NCBI GenBank assembly: GCA_050692985.1
Contig: JBOGVZ010000066.1
Coordinates: forward strand, 9,885-73,884
Direction: 5' to 3'
Source of the DNA: Actinomycetota bacterium
GTDB lineage: Bacteria > Actinomycetota > UBA4738 > CALAEC01
DNA length: 64,000 nucleotides
Shown: piece by piece, positions 10,170 to 17,637 of the stretch
Layout: the number at the start of each line of letters is the position of its first letter
Numbering within the stretch: position 1 is the stretch's first letter
Notes under the pieces: model-generated
Databases searched by the model: none
What the model was told of the DNA's origin: nothing
What the model saw: the letters and a program-made list of their open reading frames with translations, nothing else
Program-made: the position numbers and the translations under genes

Positions 10170-10457
10170 ATGGCAGCCACGCGCAAGAGAACGACGAGAA
10201 AGAAGTCGACCGCGAAGAGGTCGCCGGCGAAGAAGAGGACGACAGCCGCGAGGAAGAAGAGCGGCGCCAAGAAGCGCACGACGGCCAAGCGGACGACGGC
10301 GAAGCGCACCACCGCGAAGCGGAAGCCCGCCAAGCGGACGACCGCGAAGCGGAAGCCCGCCAAGCGGACGACCCGCAAGCGCACCACCGCGGCTCGCAAG
10401 GGTGGCGGGGGTCGGAAGAAGTCGACCGCGAAGCGGACCACCGCGAGGCGGAGGTAG
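10170..10457 (+). CDS. Hyperbasic Lys/Arg/Thr/Ala tandem-repeat protein (histone H1/HC-like)
   Basis: ATG 10170 lies 5 nt after AAAGGAGG. The 95 aa are almost entirely K, R, T and A (...AKRTTAKRTTAKRKPAKRTTAKRKPAKRTT...). A strong hairpin follows the gene. Confidence 0.7.
   Translation: MAATRKRTTRKKSTAKRSPAKKRTTAARKKSGAKKRTTAKRTTAKRTTAKRKPAKRTTAKRKPAKRTTRKRTTAARKGGGGRKKSTAKRTTARRR
10314..10373 (+). repeat. Perfect 2 x 30-nt tandem repeat inside the basic-protein gene
   Basis: gcgaagcggaagcccgccaagcggacgacc occurs twice back to back (10314-10343 and 10344-10373), encoding AKRKPAKRTT twice. Confidence 0.9.
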
Positions 10458-10476
10458 CCGGCCTCGGCTGCCGTCA

Positions 10477-10500
10477 GAGGGGGGGCACTCGCCCCCCCTC
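10477..10500 (+). terminator. Hairpin terminator candidate after the basic-protein gene
   Basis: Perfect 10-bp stem gagggggggc / gccccccctc with loop actc, 20 nt after the stop, followed by ctcgcttctgt. Confidence 0.5.
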
Positions 10501-10554
10501 CTCGCTTCTGTACGTTGAGGACCCTCGGGTTTCGTGGAATGCTAGGCGGCCGTC

Positions 10555-13500
10555 GTGCGCACTGAGACCCCCAGCGTCCTGGCGATCCTGGTCGTCAAGG
10601 ACGGAGCTCCCTGGCTGACGCGAGCGCTCGCATCGCTCGCGCGCCAGACCCATCCGCGGCTGGGCGTGCTGGCCGTCGACAACGGGTCCACCGATGGATC
10701 CGGCGATGTCCTGGAGGCCACCCTGGGGCCTCGACGGGTGATCCGCGTGGATGAGGACCTCGGCTTTCCGGCTGCGGTGGCCCGGGCCACGGCGGTGCCG
10801 GCGGCCGGGGAGGCCGACTACCTGCTGCTGCTGCACGACGACGCCGCGCTGGCCCCGGATGCCGTCGCCAGGCTCGTGGACACCGCCCAGCGGGTCGACC
10901 AGGCCGGTGTGGTGGGACCGAAGGTCCTGGACTGGGACCGCCCCGAGGTGCTGCTCGACATCGGCTCGACCACGGACCGGTTCGGCTATCCGTACTCGCC
11001 CCTGGAGGAGGGGGAGATCGATCAGGGGCAGTACGACGCGCTGCGAGAGGTGCTGTTCGTATCGTCCGCGGCCATGCTGGTCTCCCGGGAGGCCTGGCGC
11101 CGGGCCGGTCTGCCGGACGAGCGCCTCCGCTCGGGACAGTCCGACCTCGACTTCTGCTGGCGGGTGCGGTTGGCGGGCCTGCGCGTGCTGGTGAACCCGG
11201 AGGCCGTGGCCCTGCACCGGCTGGCCGGCGAGCGGCTGGAGCGGACCGCCGACGGCGTTCGGTCGGACCGGTACCTGGCCGAGCGTGGCGGTCTGCTCAG
11301 CCTGCTCAAGAACTACCGGGTCGTCACGTTGCTGTGGGTGCTTCCGCTCTACGCGGTCCAGGCGGCGGCCAGGGGCCTGCTGTACGTGGTCACCCGCCAC
11401 TTCGACCGGGTGTTCCAGGTGCTCCAGGCGTGGGGCTGGAACATCGTCCATCTCCCGGGCACGGTCCGTCGCCGCATCCGCACCCAGCGGGCCCGCCGGA
11501 TCCCCGACCGGGAGATCGGCCGGTTCATGGCCCCGGCAGGGGCCCGGCTCCAGCGCTGGGTGCTCCAGGCCTCGTCGCTCCTGACGACCCACCACGAGCG
11601 GCCGATGGAGGACGAGGAGGAACCGGAAGCCCCGCCGCTTCGCCAGCGAGCGGCACGGCTGGCCACGTCCCACCCCGTCGCCGTCGGGGCGGTCCTGGCC
11701 ATCCTGCTGACGGTGGTGGGGTTCCGCGACGTGCTGTTCGTCCCCCGCGTGGAGGGAGGGTTGCTCCCCGTGTTTCCCGATGGGCCGGGGGCGTTCTTCC
11801 GGGAGTTCGCCTCCGGGTGGCGGTCGACGGGGTTCGGCGGGGCCGGCGGCGCCAGCCCCGCCCTGGTGCCGCTGGGGATCGCCGGAGCCCTCACCCTGGC
11901 CGACCCGCATCTGCTGGCCCGCCTGCTGGTGGCGCTGACGCCGGCCGTGGCCGGGGTGGCCTGCTACCGGTCGGTCCGCCGGCTCACCGAGCACCGTGGT
12001 GCGGCGGTGGTGGCCGCCGCCGCGTACGCGCTGTCGGCGCTGACGCTGTGGGCGGCCTCGGAAGGGAGCATCCCGGTGATGGCGCTGCTGGTGACGCTTC
12101 CGTGGCTGTCGCTGCGCCTCGGCGCGGCGTTCGACGACCCCGCTCCCGCCCACCCGTTCCGGTGGGTGGTGGCCACCGGCGCCGTCCTGGCCGCTGCGGC
12201 GTCATTCTTCCCGGCCACGTGGCTGTCCCTGGCCGTGGTGGCGGCGCCGATGCTCCTGGCGCCGTCCCGGAACGGGAACCCGGTGCGGGGCGTGACGCTG
12301 GGAGTGGCCTCCGGGGCGGTCGCCGCCGTCCTGGTGTTCCCGTTCGCCATCGAGCTGGCCCGGGCCGGCGGAGGGACGGAGGTGGGCGCCCTGGGGTTGG
12401 CCCGCTTCGCCGACCTGCTCCGGCTCTCGCCGGGCCGTGCTCCGGGGTCGTGGCTCCCGGGGTCGTTCCTGCCGGTGGCTGCGGTGCTGGCGTTCCCGTT
12501 CGCCGCCGGGAGGCACAAGCGATGGGGCGGCCGGTCCCTCCTGGCGGCTTCGGCCTCCCTTCCCCTGGCCTGGCTCGCCGCGGCCGGGTACCTCCCGGCA
12601 CCGTTCTCGAACCCCATCGCCTATCTGGCCGCGGCGGCGTTCTCGATGAGCGTGGTGGTGGGCCTGGCCATCCCCTGGATCCTTCCGGGGCTGCGGCGGG
12701 CCGCGTTCGGGTTCCGGCAGCTCGCCGTGGCCACGCTGGCGGCCGTGTTGTTCGTGGGGATCGCCGCCCAGGCCGTGGCGGTCGTGGGGGCCGGGTGGGC
12801 CGTGCGGCCGGCCGGGGTCCCCCCGGCCTGGCCCGTGGTGGCCACGTCCGATCCCGGCCAGCCGTTCCGCGTGCTGTGGGTGGGCCGGCCCGACAGCTCC
12901 CCGTTCCCCGCCCCCGGCGGCCAGCCGCAGGGCACGGTGGAAGCGGGGCCCGCATCGGTGAGCTACGCGATCACGGGGAGGGGGGGCCGGCCGGTGCTGG
13001 CGCTCGGCCTCCCGGCGCGCGGGCCGGGTGACGAGGCGGTCCGGCGCGCGGTCGGCGCGATGCTGTCGGGGCAGGTCCGTCACGGCGGGGCCCTGCTGGC
13101 GCCCGCGGCGATCCGCTACGTGGTGGCCCCGGAGCGCGGGCTCCCCCCGGCGGCGGCATCTCGGCTCGACGACCAGCTCGACCTCGACCTCGTCCAGGCC
13201 GCCGGCGGGCTGCGGATCTACCGCAACGCTCGCGCGCTCCCGGTGGCCGGATGGTACGTTGGCGAACGTGCCGCCACCGCCGCCCGGTCCTCCCGGCTCC
13301 TGTCCGCGGTGACGGTGGAGCCGGCTCGGGCAAACGCGCTCGAGGGCGGGCTCTCCGGATGGGGCGGGACGGTGGGCCAGGACGGGTCGCTGGTCTCGGT
13401 GGCCGACCAGTTCGATGATCGCTGGCGACTGGAGGGACCGTCCGGCGACGTGGAGCCCTTCCCGGCCTTCGGGTGGGCGGTGGGGTTCGAATCGGCTCCG

Positions 13501-13701
13501 GGGGAGGTGACCGTACGGTTCGGCGGCCAGCTCCGTCGGACGCTGGAGGTGGCCGCCCTGGCGGCGCTGTGGGTCCTGGCGCTGGTGGTCACCAGGCGGC
13601 GGAGCCGGGAGCGGGCGCCGTTCCGAGCGGGGGTGGCCGGCGCCGAGGTGGCGGCGCCGGTGATGCCCGCGGGGGGCCGCCGGGAAGTGGGGGCCCGGTG
13701 A
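10555..13701 (+). CDS. Large GT2 glycosyltransferase fused to a polytopic membrane domain and an extracytoplasmic C-terminal domain
   Basis: N-terminal GT2 domain (LAILVVKDGAPWL...LAVDNGSTDGS...LLLLHDDAAL), then more than 10 hydrophobic helices, then a soluble C-terminal region ending in a TM helix. 1048 aa. Confidence 0.8.
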   Translation: MRTETPSVLAILVVKDGAPWLTRALASLARQTHPRLGVLAVDNGSTDGSGDVLEATLGPRRVIRVDEDLGFPAAVARATAVPAAGEADYLLLLHDDAALAPDAVARLVDTAQRVDQAGVVGPKVLDWDRPEVLLDIGSTTDRFGYPYSPLEEGEIDQGQYDALREVLFVSSAAMLVSREAWRRAGLPDERLRSGQSDLDFCWRVRLAGLRVLVNPEAVALHRLAGERLERTADGVRSDRYLAERGGLLSLLKNYRVVTLLWVLPLYAVQAAARGLLYVVTRHFDRVFQVLQAWGWNIVHLPGTVRRRIRTQRARRIPDREIGRFMAPAGARLQRWVLQASSLLTTHHERPMEDEEEPEAPPLRQRAARLATSHPVAVGAVLAILLTVVGFRDVLFVPRVEGGLLPVFPDGPGAFFREFASGWRSTGFGGAGGASPALVPLGIAGALTLADPHLLARLLVALTPAVAGVACYRSVRRLTEHRGAAVVAAAAYALSALTLWAASEGSIPVMALLVTLPWLSLRLGAAFDDPAPAHPFRWVVATGAVLAAAASFFPATWLSLAVVAAPMLLAPSRNGNPVRGVTLGVASGAVAAVLVFPFAIELARAGGGTEVGALGLARFADLLRLSPGRAPGSWLPGSFLPVAAVLAFPFAAGRHKRWGGRSLLAASASLPLAWLAAAGYLPAPFSNPIAYLAAAAFSMSVVVGLAIPWILPGLRRAAFGFRQLAVATLAAVLFVGIAAQAVAVVGAGWAVRPAGVPPAWPVVATSDPGQPFRVLWVGRPDSSPFPAPGGQPQGTVEAGPASVSYAITGRGGRPVLALGLPARGPGDEAVRRAVGAMLSGQVRHGGALLAPAAIRYVVAPERGLPPAAASRLDDQLDLDLVQAAGGLRIYRNARALPVAGWYVGERAATAARSSRLLSAVTVEPARANALEGGLSGWGGTVGQDGSLVSVADQFDDRWRLEGPSGDVEPFPAFGWAVGFESAPGEVTVRFGGQLRRTLEVAALAALWVLALVVTRRRSRERAPFRAGVAGAEVAAPVMPAGGRREVGAR

Positions 13702-15167
13702 GCACCAGGGCCCGCGACGGCGTGCGGGGACGGTTCGTGGTGGCCGCGGTGCTGGCCGCCGCGGTGCTGGCCGGAGGGGTCTTCCTCGAGCAGGCCCTGG
13801 GCCGCCGACCCCTGGACCAGGGTCCCCCCCCACCTGCCGGCACCGGAGCATGGTTCTGCCCCCACGGCGGCGGGGTCGGGTGGCGGGTGTGGGTGGTGGC
13901 GGCGAACCCGTCCGACCGAGAGGTGGCCCTGCGGGTGACGACGTTCGGAGGCAAGGGCGCCACCGCGACCCGGGAGCGGCTGGCCGCGGGGGCCGTGGCG
14001 TACGTGTCCGTGCCGGCCGAGGACAAGACGTCCGCGAGCGTCATGGAGTTCTTCGGGCCGCCGGTGGCGGCGGGGATGGTGGCGGTTCGTCCGGACGGGG
14101 GAGGCCTGGGCGCCGAGCCCTGTGCTCCCCGAGCCGGGACGCGGTGGCTGGTGCCCGAGGGCACCTCGGTGCGAGGCCAGTCCTCGAAGCTCGTGGTGGT
14201 CAACCCGTTCGCCGAGGCGGCCGTCATCGACGTCACCCTGCTGACCAGGGATGGGCCGATCCGGCCGGGACGGGTGTCCGGCGTGGTGATCAAGCCGCGG
14301 CGGACGGTGGCCTTCAACCTCAATGACCTGGCGCTGGGCGAGGAACCCGTGACCACGGAGGTCCACGCCTCCCTCGGCAAGGTCGCCGTGGGCGGGCTCG
14401 ACGTCGTTGGCGATGGCGGGCTTCGCTCGGTGCTGGCGGTGCCCGAGCCGGCCCGGACGTGGGTCCTTCCGGGGGCGGCGGACGACGGGACCAGCGAGGT
14501 CACCGTCACGGCCACCGGGGGCGGCAGGGTCCCGTTCCACGTGCGCGCCCAAGGCCCCGAGTCCCAGGTCGTGGTGCTGGAGGAGGGTACGGTGGCCGGT
14601 GAGTCGGCCCGCACGTCTGAGGTGGAGGCCGAGGACGCCGGGCTGGTCGTGGAGGCCGAGGGCCCGGAGCCGTTCGTGGCCGGGCGCCGCCTGTCCTCGG
14701 GGGTGCCACCGCCGGAGCCGCCGCCCCAGCGGGAGCCGGGGAAGGGGAAGAAGGGGAAGCAGCGCCGGCCGGAGCCCCCGCCACCCCCCGAGTCCACCGA
14801 CTCCGCCGCCACCTCGGGGGTCCCGTCCGGGGGGGCCGCCTGGCTGGCCCCGCCGGCACTGGCGCCCGGAGGAGGGCGGGCGATCCTGATCCTGGAGAAC
14901 GCCGGGACCACGGAGGTCCGGGCCGAGGTCGCGCTCCTGGGCCGGGATGGGCCCCCGCAGGAGCTCGAGTCCGTCGTGGTGCCCGCAGGCCTCACCGTGA
15001 CCGTGGACCTGGCCGGGGTGGTGGGACAGGAGCCCGTGGCCGCGTTCGTCCGTGGTTCCCGGGCCTCCCTGGTCGTGGCCCAGGCCGGGCTGGGCCCGGA
15101 GGGCTACGCCGTGGCCGTGGGGAGCCGCATGGAACCGTCGGCGGTCCTGGGGAGTCTAGGTATATGA
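13698..15167 (+). CDS. Membrane-anchored hypothetical protein, DUF5719-like partner of the large GT2 (family name from memory)
   Basis: GTG 13698 overlaps the GT2 stop (GTGA). It has an N-terminal TM helix (FVVAAVLAAAVLAGGVF), beta-rich repeats and a Pro/Lys-rich insert. Confidence 0.55.
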   Translation: MSTRARDGVRGRFVVAAVLAAAVLAGGVFLEQALGRRPLDQGPPPPAGTGAWFCPHGGGVGWRVWVVAANPSDREVALRVTTFGGKGATATRERLAAGAVAYVSVPAEDKTSASVMEFFGPPVAAGMVAVRPDGGGLGAEPCAPRAGTRWLVPEGTSVRGQSSKLVVVNPFAEAAVIDVTLLTRDGPIRPGRVSGVVIKPRRTVAFNLNDLALGEEPVTTEVHASLGKVAVGGLDVVGDGGLRSVLAVPEPARTWVLPGAADDGTSEVTVTATGGGRVPFHVRAQGPESQVVVLEEGTVAGESARTSEVEAEDAGLVVEAEGPEPFVAGRRLSSGVPPPEPPPQREPGKGKKGKQRRPEPPPPPESTDSAATSGVPSGGAAWLAPPALAPGGGRAILILENAGTTEVRAEVALLGRDGPPQELESVVVPAGLTVTVDLAGVVGQEPVAAFVRGSRASLVVAQAGLGPEGYAVAVGSRMEPSAVLGSLGI

Positions 15168-15180
15168 TTTAGGGCTTGCG

Positions 15181-16257
15181 ATGAGACGACGACGGAGACA
15201 CGCTCGCACGTTCGGAGGCCGGGTGCTGGGAAGTGCCCGGGTGACCGTCTCCGTCCTGTTGGGCCTGTTCCTCCTGGCCGGGGGGTCGGCCTACGCCGCC
15301 TACCGCTACGACGCCGCCACGGCGGACCGCCTGCTGCCCGGCACCACGGTGGCCGGGGTCGACGTGGGAGAGATGACCCGGGCGCAGGCCATCGACGCGG
15401 TCCGGGAGGCCTCGGAGGGCCGCCTCAACCGGCAGATCGAGGTCACCGTCGGCGACGAGACCTGGCACGTCACCCACGGAGAGCTGGGGACGAAGCCCAG
15501 GGTCAAGGCCGCCGTAGACGCCGCCCTGGGCGTGGGACAGGAGCTGTCGTGGCCCTCCCGGGTGTGGAGCCGGGTGGTGGACTCCGAGATCGGGCGGTCG
15601 TTCGACGTGGAGTATCGGCATAACGAGGCCAGGGTGACGGAGTTCGTCGAGACGGTGGCCGGGGCCGTCGAGGTCTCGCCCTCGGACGCGGCCGTGGACT
15701 TCGTGGACGGCGAGCTGGTGCTCCACAAGCCCGAGAAGGGCCAGGAGCTGCGGGTCCGGGAGGCGGAGGCTTCGCTGATGCGGGTGCTGGCCGCGCCCGC
15801 CGCGGACGTGCGGTTCGGCCTCCGCGAGCTGAAGCCGGAGGTCACCACCAAGGACCTCGGGTACACGATCGTGGTCCGGCTCTCGACCCTGAAGCTGTAC
15901 CTGTACGAGGGCCTCGACCTGGTCAGGACCTACCCGGTGGCCGCCGGGCAGCCCGCCTATCCCACGCCCACCGGCGACTGGACCGTGATCAACAAGGCCG
16001 AGAACCCCACCTGGGTGAACCCGGCCCCGGACGGATGGGGGGCCAGCATGCCGGCGGTGATCCCGGGTGGGCCGAGCAACCCGCTGGGCACGCGGGCCCT
16101 GTACCTGGATGCGCCAGGCATCCGCATCCACGGGACCAGCGCCTCCAGCTCGATCGGCACGTTCGCCTCGCACGGATGCATCCGTATGAACATGACCGAC
16201 GTCGAGGCCCTGTACGAGATCGTCCCGATCGGCACCACGGTCCACGTCGTCCAGTAG
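15181..16257 (+). CDS. L,D-transpeptidase (YkuD domain) with an N-terminal TM anchor
   Basis: The C-terminal domain carries ...IHGTSASSSIGTFASHGCIRM..., the YkuD catalytic His/Cys motif. The N-terminus has a signal anchor. Confidence 0.85.
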   Translation: MRRRRRHARTFGGRVLGSARVTVSVLLGLFLLAGGSAYAAYRYDAATADRLLPGTTVAGVDVGEMTRAQAIDAVREASEGRLNRQIEVTVGDETWHVTHGELGTKPRVKAAVDAALGVGQELSWPSRVWSRVVDSEIGRSFDVEYRHNEARVTEFVETVAGAVEVSPSDAAVDFVDGELVLHKPEKGQELRVREAEASLMRVLAAPAADVRFGLRELKPEVTTKDLGYTIVVRLSTLKLYLYEGLDLVRTYPVAAGQPAYPTPTGDWTVINKAENPTWVNPAPDGWGASMPAVIPGGPSNPLGTRALYLDAPGIRIHGTSASSSIGTFASHGCIRMNMTDVEALYEIVPIGTTVHVVQ

Positions 16258-16339
16258 GCCGGCCCCACCCCCCACGAAAGAGTGACAAGAACGGCACCTC
16301 CGCTTGCGCGTGGCCGGGTGGCGGGTGTAGCCTGGTTGA

Positions 16340-16396
16340 GTACTCCGAAGAGGCACGAAGGGGCGACCCGGAAGGCCGCTTCGGAGTACGCTTTTG
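16340..16396 (+). terminator. Long compound hairpin followed by a U-run (ldt terminator or 3' end of an sRNA)
   Basis: An 11-bp outer stem (gtactccgaag 16340-16350 with cttcggagtac 16379-16389) encloses an inner GGG-GCGA-CCC hairpin. It is followed by gcttttg. Confidence 0.4.
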
Positions 16397-16567
16397 TGCA
16401 CGGGAAGGGGCCCCACGGCGCCGCTTCCAGCGTTCCCGGGTCGGTCCGGCCCTGTCCCGCCGCCACCGCGGCGGGCCCCGGAACGTGGCATGTCTTAGGT
16501 AGCTCCTTCGTTACCCAAGAGAGCCCGCGCTCCCCTGGTTGTCGTTGCGAATCACATCGGTGTGATC

Positions 16568-16573
16568 TATGCT
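16568..16573 (+). promoter_or_regulatory. Putative -10 box (TATGCT), 6 nt upstream of the DUF3499 ATG (leaderless)
   Basis: The arrangement TATGCT-cccggc-ATG(16580) uses the same hexamer and spacing as upstream of selD. Confidence 0.4.
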
Positions 16574-16579
16574 CCCGGC

Positions 16580-16855
16580 ATGCGCCGGTGCACCAAGCTC
16601 GGTTGCGACCAGCCCGCCGCGGCGACCGCAGGCCTGCGCTACGCGGAGCGGATCCTGTGGCTGGCGGAGCTGGCCCCCGAGCGCGATCCCAACTTCCTGG
16701 AGCTCTGCGGCGGCCACGCCGACCGCCTCACCGCACCGGTGGGATGGACCCGGCTCGACGAGCGGCTCGGCGCCCGGCCCGCCGGGGCCGGGGACGGGGC
16801 CACCCCGGCGGACGTGGCCCTCCTCGACGCCGCGGTTGCCGGCCGCCTGGTCTGA
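16580..16855 (+). CDS. DUF3499-family protein (Rv3258c-like)
   Basis: MRRCTKLGCDQPAAAT...ELCGGHADRLTAPVGW matches the Cys-rich N-terminus and the LC..H..RLTAP.GW motif as I recall them for DUF3499. The position next to pmm is conserved. Confidence 0.8.
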   Translation: MRRCTKLGCDQPAAATAGLRYAERILWLAELAPERDPNFLELCGGHADRLTAPVGWTRLDERLGARPAGAGDGATPADVALLDAAVAGRLV

Positions 16856-16900
16856 CCGCTGGGTTCCACCCGCCGCTCCGGGGAAGGGTCCGGGCGCTCT

Positions 16901-16922
16901 CTTGGGTACACTCGTACCCAAG
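16901..16922. promoter_or_regulatory. Perfect 9-bp inverted repeat abutting the next start codon (operator or hairpin)
   Basis: cttgggtac-actc-gtacccaag, ending 3 nt before ATG 16926. A related string (ttacccaagagag) lies at about 16511-16523. Confidence 0.35.
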
Positions 16923-16925
16923 AGG

Positions 16926-17251
16926 ATGGCCCTGGACCGCGAGCTGATCCGGCACGTCAGAGGCCTGGACGAGTACGACCTGCGCCGGCTGATGATCTTC
17001 GCCCGAGGGCTGCTGGTGTCCCGCCAGGGCCGCGACTTCGCCGACGAGCCACCGGCCCGCCGGGGGAAGGTCACGTTCCGGAGCGCGTGCGCTGTGGCCG
17101 GGCCTCGTGCACCCGGTGCCCCCACGGGCCGTACTGGTACGCCTACTGGCGGGAAGGAGGGCGCCTCCGCTCCCGCTACATCGGCAAGGACCTGCCTTCG
17201 GTTCCCGGATCGGCCGCGTCACCTCCGGGGGACGGGCGAGCGCCCGGATAG
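16926..17251 (+). pseudogene. Small Cys-rich 'HGPYWY' zinc-ribbon protein, frame broken near 17079-17083
   Basis: Frame 0 reads MALDRELIRHVRGLDEYDLRRLMIFARGLL...RRGKVTFR. The -1 frame continues ERVRCGRASCTRCPHGPYWYAYWREGGRLRSRYIGKDLP... to TAG 17249-17251. The frame-0 continuation to 17261 is low-complexity. Confidence 0.55.
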
Positions 17252-17257
17252 TCCCGG

Positions 17258-17536
17258 ATGACTAGCCCGCTCCGCCCGATCGGGCCACGGCAAAGATGCC
17301 TCCGCCGAGCTATGGAGCGCGGGCCCCGGGTCGCCGACGATGTCCACATGAATACCCGGGCAAGAGAGGCGACCCGGTGCCCCGCCTGCGGCGGCTCCCT
17401 GATGACCATCTCGCTGCGGATGGCCGAAGGCGAGGCCATCTACCGGATCTGCCCGCCGTGCGAGGCGAACTGGTGGGAGCGCGACGGGACCCGCGTCGCC
17501 CGCGACGAGGTCCTGAGCCAGCCGACCGAACGCTGA
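17258..17536 (+). CDS. Small zinc-ribbon protein (CPxC...CPxC)
   Basis: ...RCPACGGSLMTISLRMAEGEAIYRICPPCEANWWERDG... The start is uncertain: ATG 17258 (ATGA overlap), 17312 or 17348. Confidence 0.5.
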   Translation: MTSPLRPIGPRQRCLRRAMERGPRVADDVHMNTRAREATRCPACGGSLMTISLRMAEGEAIYRICPPCEANWWERDGTRVARDEVLSQPTER

Positions 17537-17625
17537 CGGTCCCTCCGGCGTCCGCCCGGGCCGGGCCCGGCCGGGCGCGCCGGCCCGTCCCCGGCCCCGT
17601 GTGGGAGCGGCGCGGACCACCGGGA

Positions 17626-17631
17626 TAGAAT
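17626..17631 (+). promoter_or_regulatory. Putative -10 box (TAGAAT), 6 nt upstream of the pmm GTG (leaderless)
   Basis: TAGAAT-cgccgg-GTG(17638), with no Shine-Dalgarno sequence. Confidence 0.4.
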
Positions 17632-17637
17632 CGCCGG

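Noticed and set aside
10314-10373. Tandem repeats (10314-10373 and 47163-47195) as a CRISPR array or non-coding satellite
   Set aside because: Both are short, in-frame coding repeats without spacers. No CRISPR-like repeat-spacer periodicity and no cas genes appear anywhere in the window.
9470-10441. 323-aa minus-strand ORF with FAVVRLAGFR repeats
   Set aside because: It is the antisense image of the basic-repeat gene and whiB. The plus-strand genes have ribosome-binding sites, a terminator and recognisable families.
16318-16460. tRNA-like start (GGCGGGUGUAGCCUGGUUGAGUAC), considered as a possible tRNA-Sec given the Sec-containing selD
   Set aside because: There is no UCA anticodon loop, no T-arm (GGUUCGAnnCC) and no matching acceptor 3' strand at tRNA distance. 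The CUUCGGA loop is part of the long hairpin stem.
17060-17100. Programmed -1 or +1 frameshifting as the explanation for the four broken genes (17080, 41810, 47150, 61108)
   Set aside because: No X XXY YYZ slippery heptamers, no stop-codon-stimulated CUU UGA-type context and no obvious downstream pseudoknots are present. Two of the sites are plain homopolymers.
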